Shown in pieces: positions 12,760 through 23,890 of a stretch of DNA of 64,000 nt. Made by a program: the position numbers and the translations under genes. The notes under the pieces are model-generated. The model was given only the letters and a program-made list of their open reading frames with translations, did not search any database and was not told the origin of the DNA. Source of the DNA: Vicugna vicugna (taxonomy: Eukaryota); contig MU058213.1 of NCBI GenBank assembly GCA_013265495.1, positions 7,084,066 to 7,148,065 of the forward strand. The letters run 5' to 3'. Each line of letters starts with the position of its first letter. Within the stretch, counting starts at the first letter, position 1.

Positions 12760-15700
12760 ATTTTAGCAAATGGTGCCGGAACAATTGAACGTCTACATAC
12801 AAAAAGATGAACTAGACACAGACCTCAGATATTCCACAACAATTAACTCAGGATGGGTTGTAGGCCTCAATGTAAAATGAAAACTATAACGACTTCTTAA
12901 AGAAAACACAGGAGAAAATCTAATGGCCTTGGGTTTGGTGATGGGTTTTTAAATACAATACCAAAGGCACAGTCTATGAAAGAAAAAAAATGATAAATTG
13001 GACTTCATTGAAATTCAGACTTCTGCTCTGTGAAAGACACTGTTAAGAAAATGAAAAGCCAAGCCACAGACTGGAGGAAAGTACGTGCAGAACACATACC
13101 TGATAAAGGGCTTACATCCAAAATAGGGAAGAACTTAGAAGCTAACCAATTTTTTTTAAAAAAGGATGAAAAGGGGTCAAAAGATCTGAGCAGACACTGC
13201 ACCAAAGAAGATACAGGTGGCAAATAAGCACATGAAAAGGAGCGCCACGCCATCTGTCATTAGGGAGTCGCGATACCACTACGGAACGAGCAGAATGACT
13301 CCACCCAAAACCAGCGACAACACCGACTGCCGGAGAGGACGCAGAGCAGCAGGAACCCTCACTCAGCACTGATGGGGACGCCAAATGGTGCGGCCGCCTT
13401 CAAAGACAGTTCGGCAGCTTCTCACAAAACGAAACATAGTCTTACCACCTGACTCAGTAACTGTATTCCTAGGAGTTTCTCCAAATGAGCTGAAACTCAG
13501 GCCACCACAAAAGTCTGCACAGATGTTTATAACAGCTGTATTCATCAACTGTCAAAAACTGGAAGCAACCAACATGTCCTCTAACAGATGAGCAGGAAAA
13601 CAAACTGCGCTACATCTAGACAGGGAAACATGACCCATTTGATAAAAAGAAACAAGTGATCAAGGCACTAAAAGACAGGGAGGAACCTTAAATGCACATT
13701 GCTAGATGAAGGAGTCAGGCTGAAAGCGCTTCTAGCTTCCTACTGTGGGATTCTAATTATATGATATTCTGGAAAAGCAAGCTATAAAGCTGGTAAACAG
13801 ATCAGTGGCTGCCAGAAGTTCGGGGGCTGAGGTTGAGAAGTGCAGTGGATGTTAGGGGTGGTGAAACTATTCTGTGTGAGACCGTAAAGTAAATGCAAAT
13901 TAAGGGGGGAAAAGCATTTAGGAGAACAGGGGATCCCAGAAAGGAATAAAAATATGACAAACAACCCAGTGGTGTTCCAAATGTGTGAAACAATCTTATC
14001 AGCGGAGGTGGGGGGAGAGGTGCTCAGTAACTTCGGAAAAGAGAAAAATCTGAAACACCAAAGGAGAAAGGACCTGCACGTAGCACTGTCCTCTAGTTGA
14101 TAAAGTTGTTTCCCTTGGGGACAGGCATGCACAGCTCTGATACTGCTATACATATACACTGGAATTGAACACTTAAGTAAACAGACAGCAGCTGGCAGGG
14201 ACCAGGTCTCTCACAGTTGGTGTGGGAATTTACAGACAAACAAGAGGAGAAGACAAGAATGAGCTGTGTAGTAGTGGATTAGAGCTGTAGATAGCAGTAT
14301 GAACTCACGTTTAGCTTAACATGGATACAGATAGTTACATATAGAAAAATGCATAGATAGGTGTATGTACAAAGATTAGTACACACACATATATTTCCTT
14401 GCTCTTTCAGCTGAGAGGACCTAGAAGCAATGCCATGCCCACAGCAACAAGCACAACTCATGCCCAGATCTTATACCATTCTCCAATGAAAGGAACCACA
14501 GCTGCTTAGAGAAACGGCAGATTTGAGGACTGGAGCAGGAAACAGACAAGATGAGCTTGGAGCATCTTGTAGATCCAGAAAGTAAGGAAGTGCTCAAAAC
14601 ACAAAAACACTGATGTGTCCTAGGGACACAGGAGCCTACTGAAAGAGCTCTCAGTGGCCAAAGATGGAACACACTGGAGCAACAAAATGAAGCTGTACTG
14701 GATTATAATCCAAAGTAGGGAATAAATATCCATGAGTCCGACAACATAACGCCATTTGCAGCAACATGGATGCTCCTAGAGAATGTCATTCTAAGTGAAG
14801 TAAGCCAGAAAGAGAAAGAAAAATACCATATGAGATTGCTCATATGTGGAATCTAAAGACTCATGGACAGAGAATACAGACTTGTGGTTACCAGGGGGGT
14901 AGAGGGTGGGAAGGGATAGACTGGGATTTCAAAATTGTAGAATAGATAAACAAGATTACACTGTATAGCACAGGGAAATATACACAAAATGTTATGATAA
15001 ATCACAGAGAAAAAAATGTGACAATGAGTGTGTATATGTCCATGAATGACTGAAAAATTGTGCTGAACACTGGAATTTGACACAACATTGTAAAATGATT
15101 TTAAAACAATAAAAAATGTTAAAAAAAATCCATGAGTCCACACTGACATAAACAAATGATTAAATAAGTAAATAGGGAAATGAGACAAATCCACTGTGCA
15201 GAATTCCAGATAACTTATCCAGGTACTCCATCCTCAAGGAGGGGGCACAGAACTTCTTAAGTGGGGGCTGTGCATGGCGACTTCCCGCCACAGAGGGCAG
15301 GCAGTGCGGTAACAGAGGACGAGTAACTTGACAGGGCAGGAACCTGGGACCCACCGCCACAGCCAGGTGGTCAGCATTAACATCTACGTGACAAGTGTCA
15401 TGCCAAGAGGATGACCTTTCATATAAGATGATGAAACAGCATTTAACCTCTGGTGTCTTCCTCCAAAAATATACTCCCCCAATATAATCCTGAGCAAGAC
15501 ACCACACAAACACCAGCTGAGGGACATTCTACAAAATACCCGACCAGCAATCCTCAAAACTGTCAAAGTCACCAAAAATAAGGCAAGTCGGAGGAACCAC
15601 CACAGCTAAGGGCCTGAGGAGATATGACTGTCACATGTAACATGATCCGGATGGACAGAACGGGTTATGTACATAAGGGGAAACTGAGGAACTCTGAATA

Positions 15701-15885
15701 AACCATGGACTTCAGTTAATAATACTGTATCACTGCTAGTTTATTCACTGTGACAAACATATCCCACTCATGTAAGATGTTTTAAAAAGGGAAAACTGGG
15801 TGTGGGATACAGGGACGCTCTTACTATCGTCACAATGATTTTGTAAAGCTCAAACTATTCTAAAATTAAAAGTCTACCTTAAAAA
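12760..15885 (+). mobile_element. Old LINE-1 (L1MC-like), 3' ORF2 remnant plus long 3'UTR
   Basis: ORF2 C-terminal remnants (KDTVKKMKSQATDWRK, QMFITAVFI...KLE); 3' end ...aaaactattctaaaattaaaagtcta typical of L1M; subfamily from memory. Confidence 0.85.
14740..15128 (+). mobile_element. Younger 5'-truncated L1 3' end nested in the older L1
   Basis: gccatttgcagcaacatggatg...tgtatagcacagggaaata...A-tail; flanked by target-site duplication atccatgagtcc (14728-14739 and 15128-15139). Confidence 0.85.
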
Positions 15886-15994
15886 ATGTTGACAGTCTTT
15901 TCCCAACTGACACTCACCAAAAAATTAATGGATAGATTTTCTTCTGTTTTTATGAAAATTCTGATGCAGAGGCAATGGAGTGAGCTAATTTCCA

Positions 15995-16200
15995 GCTGTG
16001 TTGGAGTAAGAGAGTAAGAGATTTGGGTTCTGCTTCTTACTGGCCATGTGATTTGGGGAAAGTCAACCTCACTGAGCCTCAGTTCTCTCATCAGTCAAAT
16101 GGGCTCATGATACCTACTTCCCAGGCTTGTTGTAGGAATTAAACATTGTCATCTTTGTCCAGCATTTATCACGCACTTGCATTAAGCTCAGGAAACAGTT
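15995..16200 (+). mobile_element. MIR SINE
   Basis: MIR core: aagtcaacctcactgagcctcagttctctcatcagtcaaatggg...ttgttgtaggaattaaa. Confidence 0.75.
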
Positions 16201-18218
16201 GTCCTTGTCAGCTAGCCAGTGTGGACTGGTGGACAAAACCAATGTCTTGGTAGTAAAGAGATTTCAACAGAAAGACTCAGAATGTATAAAATCGATGCCG
16301 GGTCCTTTATTGCGGAGGAGAGAGGGATAAAGTCTTACACCGAACCCACCAAGTATTAACATCAGTTCCAGAAAAATATTCAAACAGGTACTTACACCAG
16401 GAACAACTGACAGATTCTAACTCACAGAAACCCTTTCTGGTGGGAGAGACTGGGGGAGTTTCTTCTCTAATCTACTCACTCTGACTTCTGGGTTAAGCCC
16501 GTACAAACAGGTTTCCCATCCCTAGCTTTGTGGGTGCAGCCTGAAAGAGATGCCCTTCTCCTTTCTCACCTCCTGCCCCTTTTTTTGCTCTTCTTTAGCC
16601 TGTCTGTTCTTTCACTCTTTCACGCCCTCCTCTCCCTGAAAGCCCTCCATGTCTCTCCTCTGAGATACATGGATGAACATTCTCTGCTCCATCCCTGCTC
16701 CACAGTCAAGTCCTGAGAATGGAGAAGATGGAGAAGAATAAAAAACAATCCAACCTTATGCCCAGCAAAGGTTAACTTCTACTAGCCAGTCAATGGAAAT
16801 ACTAAAAAAAAAAAAACAACCCTCCCACCAGCAGACCTCCTTATACATCACTAAGCTCACAGGGGGTCTCGCTATGAAAGGCCGCCTTCTAGTCCCCCAG
16901 CCTCAGCAAGGGCGGAGGCAGGAGGCGGGGCAAGGCAGGTGAAAGAAGGACCACCGGCGTACATGCCATTTCCTAGAAATATTTCACACACATGTTACCA
17001 AGGCATGGAATCTCTACAAAGATGATTATAAAATTTTCATTCAAATAAACAACCACCATGTTTTCAAAACAGATTTTTAAAAACTGTATTTCTTACACTG
17101 TGCACAAACCTTTTATACTAAATATCAAACTACATTCTTCCAGGGGGATAAAAAGCTTTCCCATGTTTTCTGACCTTGTGCAACCAAAACTCCCATGAAT
17201 CTAGGGGGTCTGATATTCCTTACAGTTTTTACTAGTAGCATTTAACTGCAGTCATCAACACATGGTTCCAAGAAATGAGCCCTTAACTCCACTCCCTAAA
17301 GGAACCGCTCTGTGTTAGGTCATCAAATTAACGATTTTCAGGACTAGGAGGGATTGGCCATCATGAAACATTATTTCCTACCCACCAACAGTCTACATAT
17401 ACTCACCAACTTGATATGGTCCAAAGTGGATGGGAACTTTAAAAACAAAAACAAAAAAACGGGGTGGAGGGTAGAAACCCTGTCTTGCTGCCAAGATAAA
17501 TGATGTTGGCTGTAAAATAAATTCAAGGACACCCCACACTAAGATCCAAACACAACGTTTTGCCGATGTGCCAGCAGAGTCAGGGTTTTGGGCTTCGTTA
17601 ACAGACAGACAGGAAGGAAGGAGGTAGGAGGCAAATTGCAGGTTCTTTGACAAGAGAAAGCCAAGAGAGCCAAGGAGGCCAAATCCCCAACTGGAAACAG
17701 GCCACAGGAGGATACCCTTGAAACCATTATCCACTGCCCTGTGCAAGCACCACACAGTAGGCAGAGTCTCTCCTAGGTCCACAAAGGCCAAATTTATCGG
17801 ATTATACATTAAATGTATTTATTTGATTTATTAAGAGCCTCCACTGTACCAAGGACAATGCTATAGACATTACATGAATTATCTCATTTAATTCTCACAA
17901 CAACCCTATAAAGTAAATATGGTTATTCCCAGGCAGGGCACACCACCCGGGGAAGACTCCAGGGGAAGAATTCAGCTTAAGTGAACTCCCAGGCTCACAG
18001 GGAACTAGACCTGTGTTGAGGGTGAAACAATCATTGTAACTGTCCCCCTCGCCACGGACTAACAGCAGCACAAGTGAGTCTAGACAGGCTCACCACTGGG
18101 CAACCTCAGGTCTGCATTCTTTATTGGGGGAAGGGATAGAAAATGATTGATTCAACTCCTCTCTGAGAGGAAGCCCTCAAAAACTCTGATACCTAAGCCA
18201 GAGTTCCATTAGAAAACA

Positions 18219-18550
18219 CAGCTGACCCTTGCACAGCACAGGTTTGAACTGTGTGGGTTAGCTTACACGTGGATTTTTTCCAATAAATGTAGCGCCTGTA
18301 TTCTCATTACACAGATCTTTACGTTAATTAAGGGTGTGGGAAAGTCTGCATTCAATTAGGTAACACAATGAGTGGAAACAAAATAACAAGGGCTTGAATC
18401 CTGATTCTATCCAAACTGTTTAGAGCTTCCAGCCCTGAGGTGAGTCACCGACCAATCCCTTTGTTTTTGAGGCAGAAATAGCAATATGAGGATTTTCGAC
18501 CGCCTGGGAGTTCGGTGCCCCTCTCCCTCAGGTGGTTCAAGGGTCAAATG
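18219..18550. mobile_element. Tigger2-family (TcMar) non-autonomous DNA transposon
   Basis: Terminal inverted repeats cagctgacccttgcacagcac... and ...gttcaagggtcaaatg. Confidence 0.8.
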
Positions 18551-18639
18551 ACCCACCTTACCTGGCTCTTCCAGTTAAATGTCTCATCCTCAGTTTCCAA
18601 TTATGCTGCACACTTAGTTTTCCTCAGACCCCATTTAAG

Positions 18640-20262
18640 ACTTCCCGGTGGCCCTTCAGAGGCGCTGAGCGTGCAGGGCGGGAAACGAGAGCCTCGCGGG
18701 CGGGTCCTCGCCATGGGCACGGGCGCGCGGCGTGGGCTGGACTGCGCGTGCTCCGTGGCGTTGGCTGCGCATGCTCCGTGGCCTTGGCCACCTTGGGCAT
18801 GCGCAACTGGCTCCCCACAACCCCCCTCGGCGGCGTGCTCGTGCTGCCCAGGAGGGGGCGCGCGCGGCGGGGTTGCCCAGTGAACCGGTGGCGTCCTGGC
18901 CGCGCGCCTGCCGTCCTGCAGCTGTGTGCTTCCGCCAAGTACTTGTAGGAGGCTTTCTCGGGCATTGCTGCGTGATTATTGCGTGACTGTAAACCCAATA
19001 TCCCCAAAGAGTGCAGCAAATCAGCTAGTGTGGGAAACTAGTGCTCAACATCGGCTACAAGCCGCTTTTGGATCAGGGCTGCCCAGATTCAATCCTTCTG
19101 TTCCTCCACCTTGGAAGTGCATACCAAGCATCCAGGCGCCAGTCCCTCGCCACCCTGCGCGTGATCACCGCCCTGCGGAACGTCTCGCAGCGGACCTCGC
19201 AGGCCAGCATGGCCCACTCGCAGTATCAATGGATCCCCGGGGTGATAGACAGCCACGCGGCTGACATTCGCTCCCGATTCCGAGAAGCGATAGGCTTCAC
19301 TGACTGGATCAGGGAAAAGGAAGGCAAGGGCTGGAACCACTGTGAGGACGAGATCTCCCGTTTGCCTACCATCTGCATGGCTCACCTCATGGAGACGAGC
19401 AGTTCCACCTGAAGGAGGCCTTCGATCCCATTTAGCAGAGGAGCGTGATCTCACCCAACTTCGGCTTCCTGGGCCAGCCCTTGCAGTGTGAACCTGAGAT
19501 CCTGCCCCTCCCTCCACGCCCTCCTCTAGGCTCCCTCCTGCCCGGCGGACGCTGCCCGCTCTTCATTTAAAGCCCATCTGCAGACACTGAGCGCTGACGT
19601 GCAGGGTTCCTGCTGCACGTTCCCTACCTCGCCGCTGGTACCAGTGTCTGCCCTCTCGATGGTTCCAGAACTCAGTAGGAGCTCCAAGCCACAGCCACAT
19701 CCTGCTAAAACTGGGATAGGGGGACCAGCTCAGCCCTAAGAACAAGTGTGGTTTTGTTTTTTAGTCGCGGACATTTCATCCCTATGCGGTACTGAACTCA
19801 CTCTGTCAGGCTGCCGCAGTGGGATAGCCACTGGCCACCAGCCTTGCAAACTTGAGCCTGACCTTGGAGATAGGTTCTCGGAGGAAAGGCAGGCCAAGCC
19901 ATTTTAAGAGCACAGCCTGTGCTGGCTGACTACTGTTCTTCCAGCACCGCCCCCACCCCCCAACCCTCCAACCCTCCACCCAAGGACTGCCCAGTCCCTG
20001 GACTTCAAATTTTGCCTTTTCATTTCAAGCATAAGGCAATCAATACCTGCAGCCACGTGGCAGAAAGCAGTTGCTAGGCCAGAAGAAAGGGCAGCTACGA
20101 AGCCAACTGATTTTGAAGGAAGCACAATTTATACCTTATTTTTTTTTAACTTAGGCTGTCTCACTGTGTCTCTGTTGCTTCAGAGCATAGGCTGATCACC
20201 ATCTAGTCAGGAAAGTAACCTGCTGGACTTGTAAGGACACAGAATACGAGCTAATTTGAAGC
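18640..20262 (+). pseudogene. DUSP5: Processed pseudogene (retrocopy) of dual specificity phosphatase 5
   Basis: ORF 19041..19412 (DQGCPDSILLFLHLGSAYQAS...ITALRNVS...YQWIPGVIDSHAADIRSRFREAIGF...HCEDEISRLPTICMAHLM) aligns to the DUSP5 catalytic domain. After a frameshift it continues QFHLKEAFD...SPNFGFLGQ...EILP to ATATSC*TAA (19706-19708), then DUSP5-like 3'UTR. No introns; stops at 19026 and 19433; boundaries approximate. Confidence 0.93.
18650..18915. promoter_or_regulatory. CpG-dense segment (small CpG island) at the 5' end of the DUSP5 retrocopy
   Basis: Very high GC with many CG dinucleotides compared with flanks; E2F-like GCGGGAAA (18678-18685) and three NRF1-like motifs (18743-18805). 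Confidence 0.6.
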
Positions 20263-20510
20263 TCTTGGGCCAAGTGGAGGCTGATTGTCTCAAAAGGGAG
20301 GGCTGTGGGTGAAAGAACCAAGCAAGTGGTCGTCCCTGGGACAGCTTGGTTTCCCGGGGTTAAGCTGGGCACTACCAAGCGGGAGACACAGATTTCTATA
20401 TGGAGGTTTGGAGACGTCACCAGAGGAGAGAAACAAAGGGTCCAGAGACTAGGAGCAAGGCTGACTTACATTCTCATACTCCAGGTTTGTTAATATTAGA
20501 AGCCAGGTGT

Positions 20511-20570
20511 AGGGGGAACGGTATAGAGCTCAGTGGTAGAGTACGTGCTTAGCATACACAAGGGCCTCCG
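20511..20570 (+). mobile_element. Truncated tRNA-derived SINE head
   Basis: gggggaacggtatagagctcagtggtagagtacgtgcttagcat. Confidence 0.7.
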
Positions 20571-21759
20571 TTAATATATATATATGTAAATTGTGGAGCT
20601 CTGAAGTGTCTGGAATACTTAACGATTTATCTGGGATAGATATTGTAAACCATAAAATGTCAAAAAGAGAATGACGTCAGAAGGACAACATACAAAGATG
20701 CCCTTCCAGCAATTTGTCGTGGGATGTGGGCTGTCCCCGTGACTGGAGGAAGAAGTGGTGTAGAATCAGAGCAAGATTAGAAAACAGATTTTAACACTGG
20801 GCGGGGCCTCATTCCCCATTCACCACGCCAGTCACTAAGCCGCTCCCGGAGGTAGCAAGTACGGTGGTGTGGCCAAGTTTTTGATTCCCTGCAAACACTC
20901 ATGCTCCCCCATTAGAGGTCAGGACACCCCAGGCACTGCAGGGAGCCTGGGCACAGTTCCCCATCCCTTGGGCAGCGCCCTGCTCAGTCTCTGGAAACCT
21001 AGCTGTCCCAGGGGTAGGCTATGTGCTTTTTCCTTTACCTTAGAAACAATTCAGGACCTCTTCTTGAACTAGACTTTGAAAAATCAAAAGCTGCTTAATT
21101 TCTCCATGAGGCAAGGGAAGCTTCACGTTTACTGCCTAAAGCTCAGCTCTCCTTCTTGAGGGTAGGGAGGAAAAACAGCCTCTTGTTCTTTCCTGATGAA
21201 CTTACTGCCAAGGAAACAAGAGCTCATTCTCAAACAGGCCATCCTGCCAAAATGTTTATAGTCACTGGCTCTAGTTGGAGTTCCAGGTGATTCAGACTTT
21301 CCTCTTTCTACTTTCCTGTATTTTTGAACTTTCTACAGTGATTCTGTATTCCTCCTGTATGTCAGAAAAAAACGCACACAAAAATTCCTGTTTTAAGTAT
21401 TGCCCCTCCCCTCAAACTTTGAAGATGTTTTTTATTCTAGGTGAGAATCAGCTACTTTGACCCCTAAGCATCTCACTTGTGCCTTCCTCGATCACAGCCC
21501 TTATCACTCTACATGGTCAGCATTGCCTTGTTTTTCAGGTCCTCTGTGCTTAGTTCGTTCACCAGTATAGAGTAGGCTTGTCTATTGAGTAAATTAATAA
21601 GTCAATGAATGAATAAGTGAATGACTGTGAAATCCTGTATTACCTGCTCAACTCTAAACTTTAAAATTTTTCCTAGTCATTTAGAGTTCATATCTATTAG
21701 GGCAAAGGTGATCCTTTAAGACCAAGATAGTTCCCCAAAGATCAAGAATCCACGATGGA

Positions 21760-22061
21760 GGGGGAAGGGTATAGCTCAAGTGGCAGAGCACATGGTTAGC
21801 ATGCATGAGGTCCTGGGTTCAATCCCCAGTACCTCCTCCAAGAATAAATAAACCTAATTACCTCCCCCCACCAAAAAAACAAAACAAAAAATTGTTAAAG
21901 TTTCTTTAGTATATAGCACAGGCACTATGTTCAGTATCTTGTAATAACCTTTAATGAAAAAGAATATGAAAAATATATGTATGTATATGTGTAACTGGGA
22001 CACTGTGTTGTCCACCAGGAATGGATACATTGTAATTGACTGTCCTTCAATTAAAAAAAAA
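21760..22061 (+). mobile_element. Composite retroposon: tRNA-derived SINE head joined to L1-type 3' tail
   Basis: SINE 21760-21890 followed by L1-like tail 21905-22061; one target-site duplication aagaatcca(c/t)gatgga at 21744-21759 and 22062-22077. Confidence 0.85.
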
Positions 22062-23796
22062 AAGAATCCATGATGGAATTTGAAATCTGGCAACCTTGCT
22101 GACAGAGAAACTTATAACTTACTTGAAACATTTCTGTATTTCTGATCCAAGCTCCTTGCTAATCCTTATATTAATTAATCTTTAGAAATGTACTTGGAAG
22201 TATGAGAGCCTTGGGCTATGATGGAGTATAGCTGGGAACGTTCTCATTTGTCGTCTCCTGCTGTTTAAAAAAGAACAGCCACCTCCATAGCCAGGTTCCA
22301 TTGACGTATATGTGTTTTCTGGTCTGTTTCATAGGAATAGAAAGCTGATGGTTCAAGTGCAGAACAGTAAGAGTGAAGGGGTGGGAGAAGGGCAAGTGAT
22401 TATCCTAAATCCTTAGCTCATTTCTATACTAGGATTTCAGGGGTTCAAGAAAGCCCTCCGGTACTCCAAGCATTCTCCATTTCCTCACTCCCTTAATAGA
22501 GGAAAAAAGCTTCTATTCCAAGATAAGGCCAACCCTATAAACTCACCTCCAGGAAAGGGACATGGGCTCACAGCCATATCACGACTCAAGCTGCATCCCA
22601 CACCTGGAAAGGGGAGAGAGAGGCCCTGCAGAGACCAGGAAGGGAAGTTTGGAGAGCTCAGTCCATCCCTGACCAGTCCCAGTCTTGCCCGGAGATTGTC
22701 TAGCTTTTGGACTCGACGCAGGCTATTTAACATTGGAACTGTTGGGTTTGTATTTCTCTGAGGTCTAGATAACGGAGCTTCGGGTTTTCTCCCCTTACCC
22801 TGTACTGCGGAGAACAGAACTGAGCAGCCTGATGAGGGACGCATAGCTGGGAACAGCACAAATGCAAAAGAGGACTTGCAAAGGGGAAAGAGTTCTTCTC
22901 TGTTTTAAGAAACCTGCTGATATAGGGAATGCGCCTGATTTTGTGCAGAAATGCTGCCTTCGGTGGACCAAATTCAGCCACAATCAAGCTAATTGAATGC
23001 ACAAATGTAATATTTTTCCAGGGCACCTCCAATTTAATGCTTGATGAAATCGTGTCTTTCGCATATATTTACAAAAGCTTTTCTTCATCCAGAAATGTCT
23101 GTTAAAATTGCTTATAGATGCTGAGATAGCAAATCACTCTTCTAATGTAATGAGATAAGTCATCTCTATAAACTTTGCTTGCTCAAATGTACTCGCATAA
23201 AAGAAATCAGGCTACAGGCTTTTTCCAATAAATAGAATGAACAACTGGAACTTGATGGCTATAGCATGTTCTGCCTCATTGCTAAGGGATGTTTAAAATT
23301 GCTCCCTCTCTCTCTCTCTCGCAGCGGAGTTTTCATTTTGGTGGCTGATGGAAAAAGGAGGTCAGGTAAACTGATGTGGTTAAGAAGCCAAAGCCGTTTG
23401 TCAAAACGTGGGGAGAGGCCTGGAGATTGGAGTCATTTAAAGACTAAAAATTGATTTAAAAGATTTCTGTCCTCAAATCATTTTTCTTGCTAAACGTCGC
23501 CACTTGGTGAGCCTGGTTTTCCCTGCTCTAGCTATCTTTACTAATAATTCACGCTGCAGGAACTGCACGTCCTGGGAGGGTGTGTATGCATAGTCGCTGG
23601 TGCACAGTCCAGTAAGATGGGTCCAAAGATCAAGAGTCCGTGGAAAAGACGAGGCCTTGAGAGGTTTATCCATCTGTTTCTAAGTAAGATTTGTCTCCCA
23701 GCTCTAATCTGGAAGCCAGCTCTGGAACAAAAAGGCTTAGGAGGCCATGTCACACACGCCTCCAGTCACCATAGAGAGCCATCATATATGGCCACT

Positions 23797-23890
23797 CAGG
23801 TTGTGCACTGAGTAACTCCAGGGGACATACCATTCACGGAGGCTACAATGTGAAGGGTGCTGTCTGGAGCTGTGCAGTGGGACAGCCGTG
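23797..23890. mobile_element. MER91-like palindromic hAT-Tip100 MITE core
   Basis: ggttgtgcactgagtaactccagggg...cattcac...gtgaagggtgc...ctggagctgtgcagtg inverted structure. Confidence 0.65.

Noticed and set aside
13005..13591. ORFs resembling reverse-transcriptase element protein
   Set aside because: Fragmented L1 ORF2 remnants with stops and frameshifts; not an active element
18515..19019. Several overlapping Arg/Ala/Pro-rich ORFs on both strands
   Set aside because: Expected in GC-rich DNA; they are frames of the decayed DUSP5 retrocopy, not separate genes
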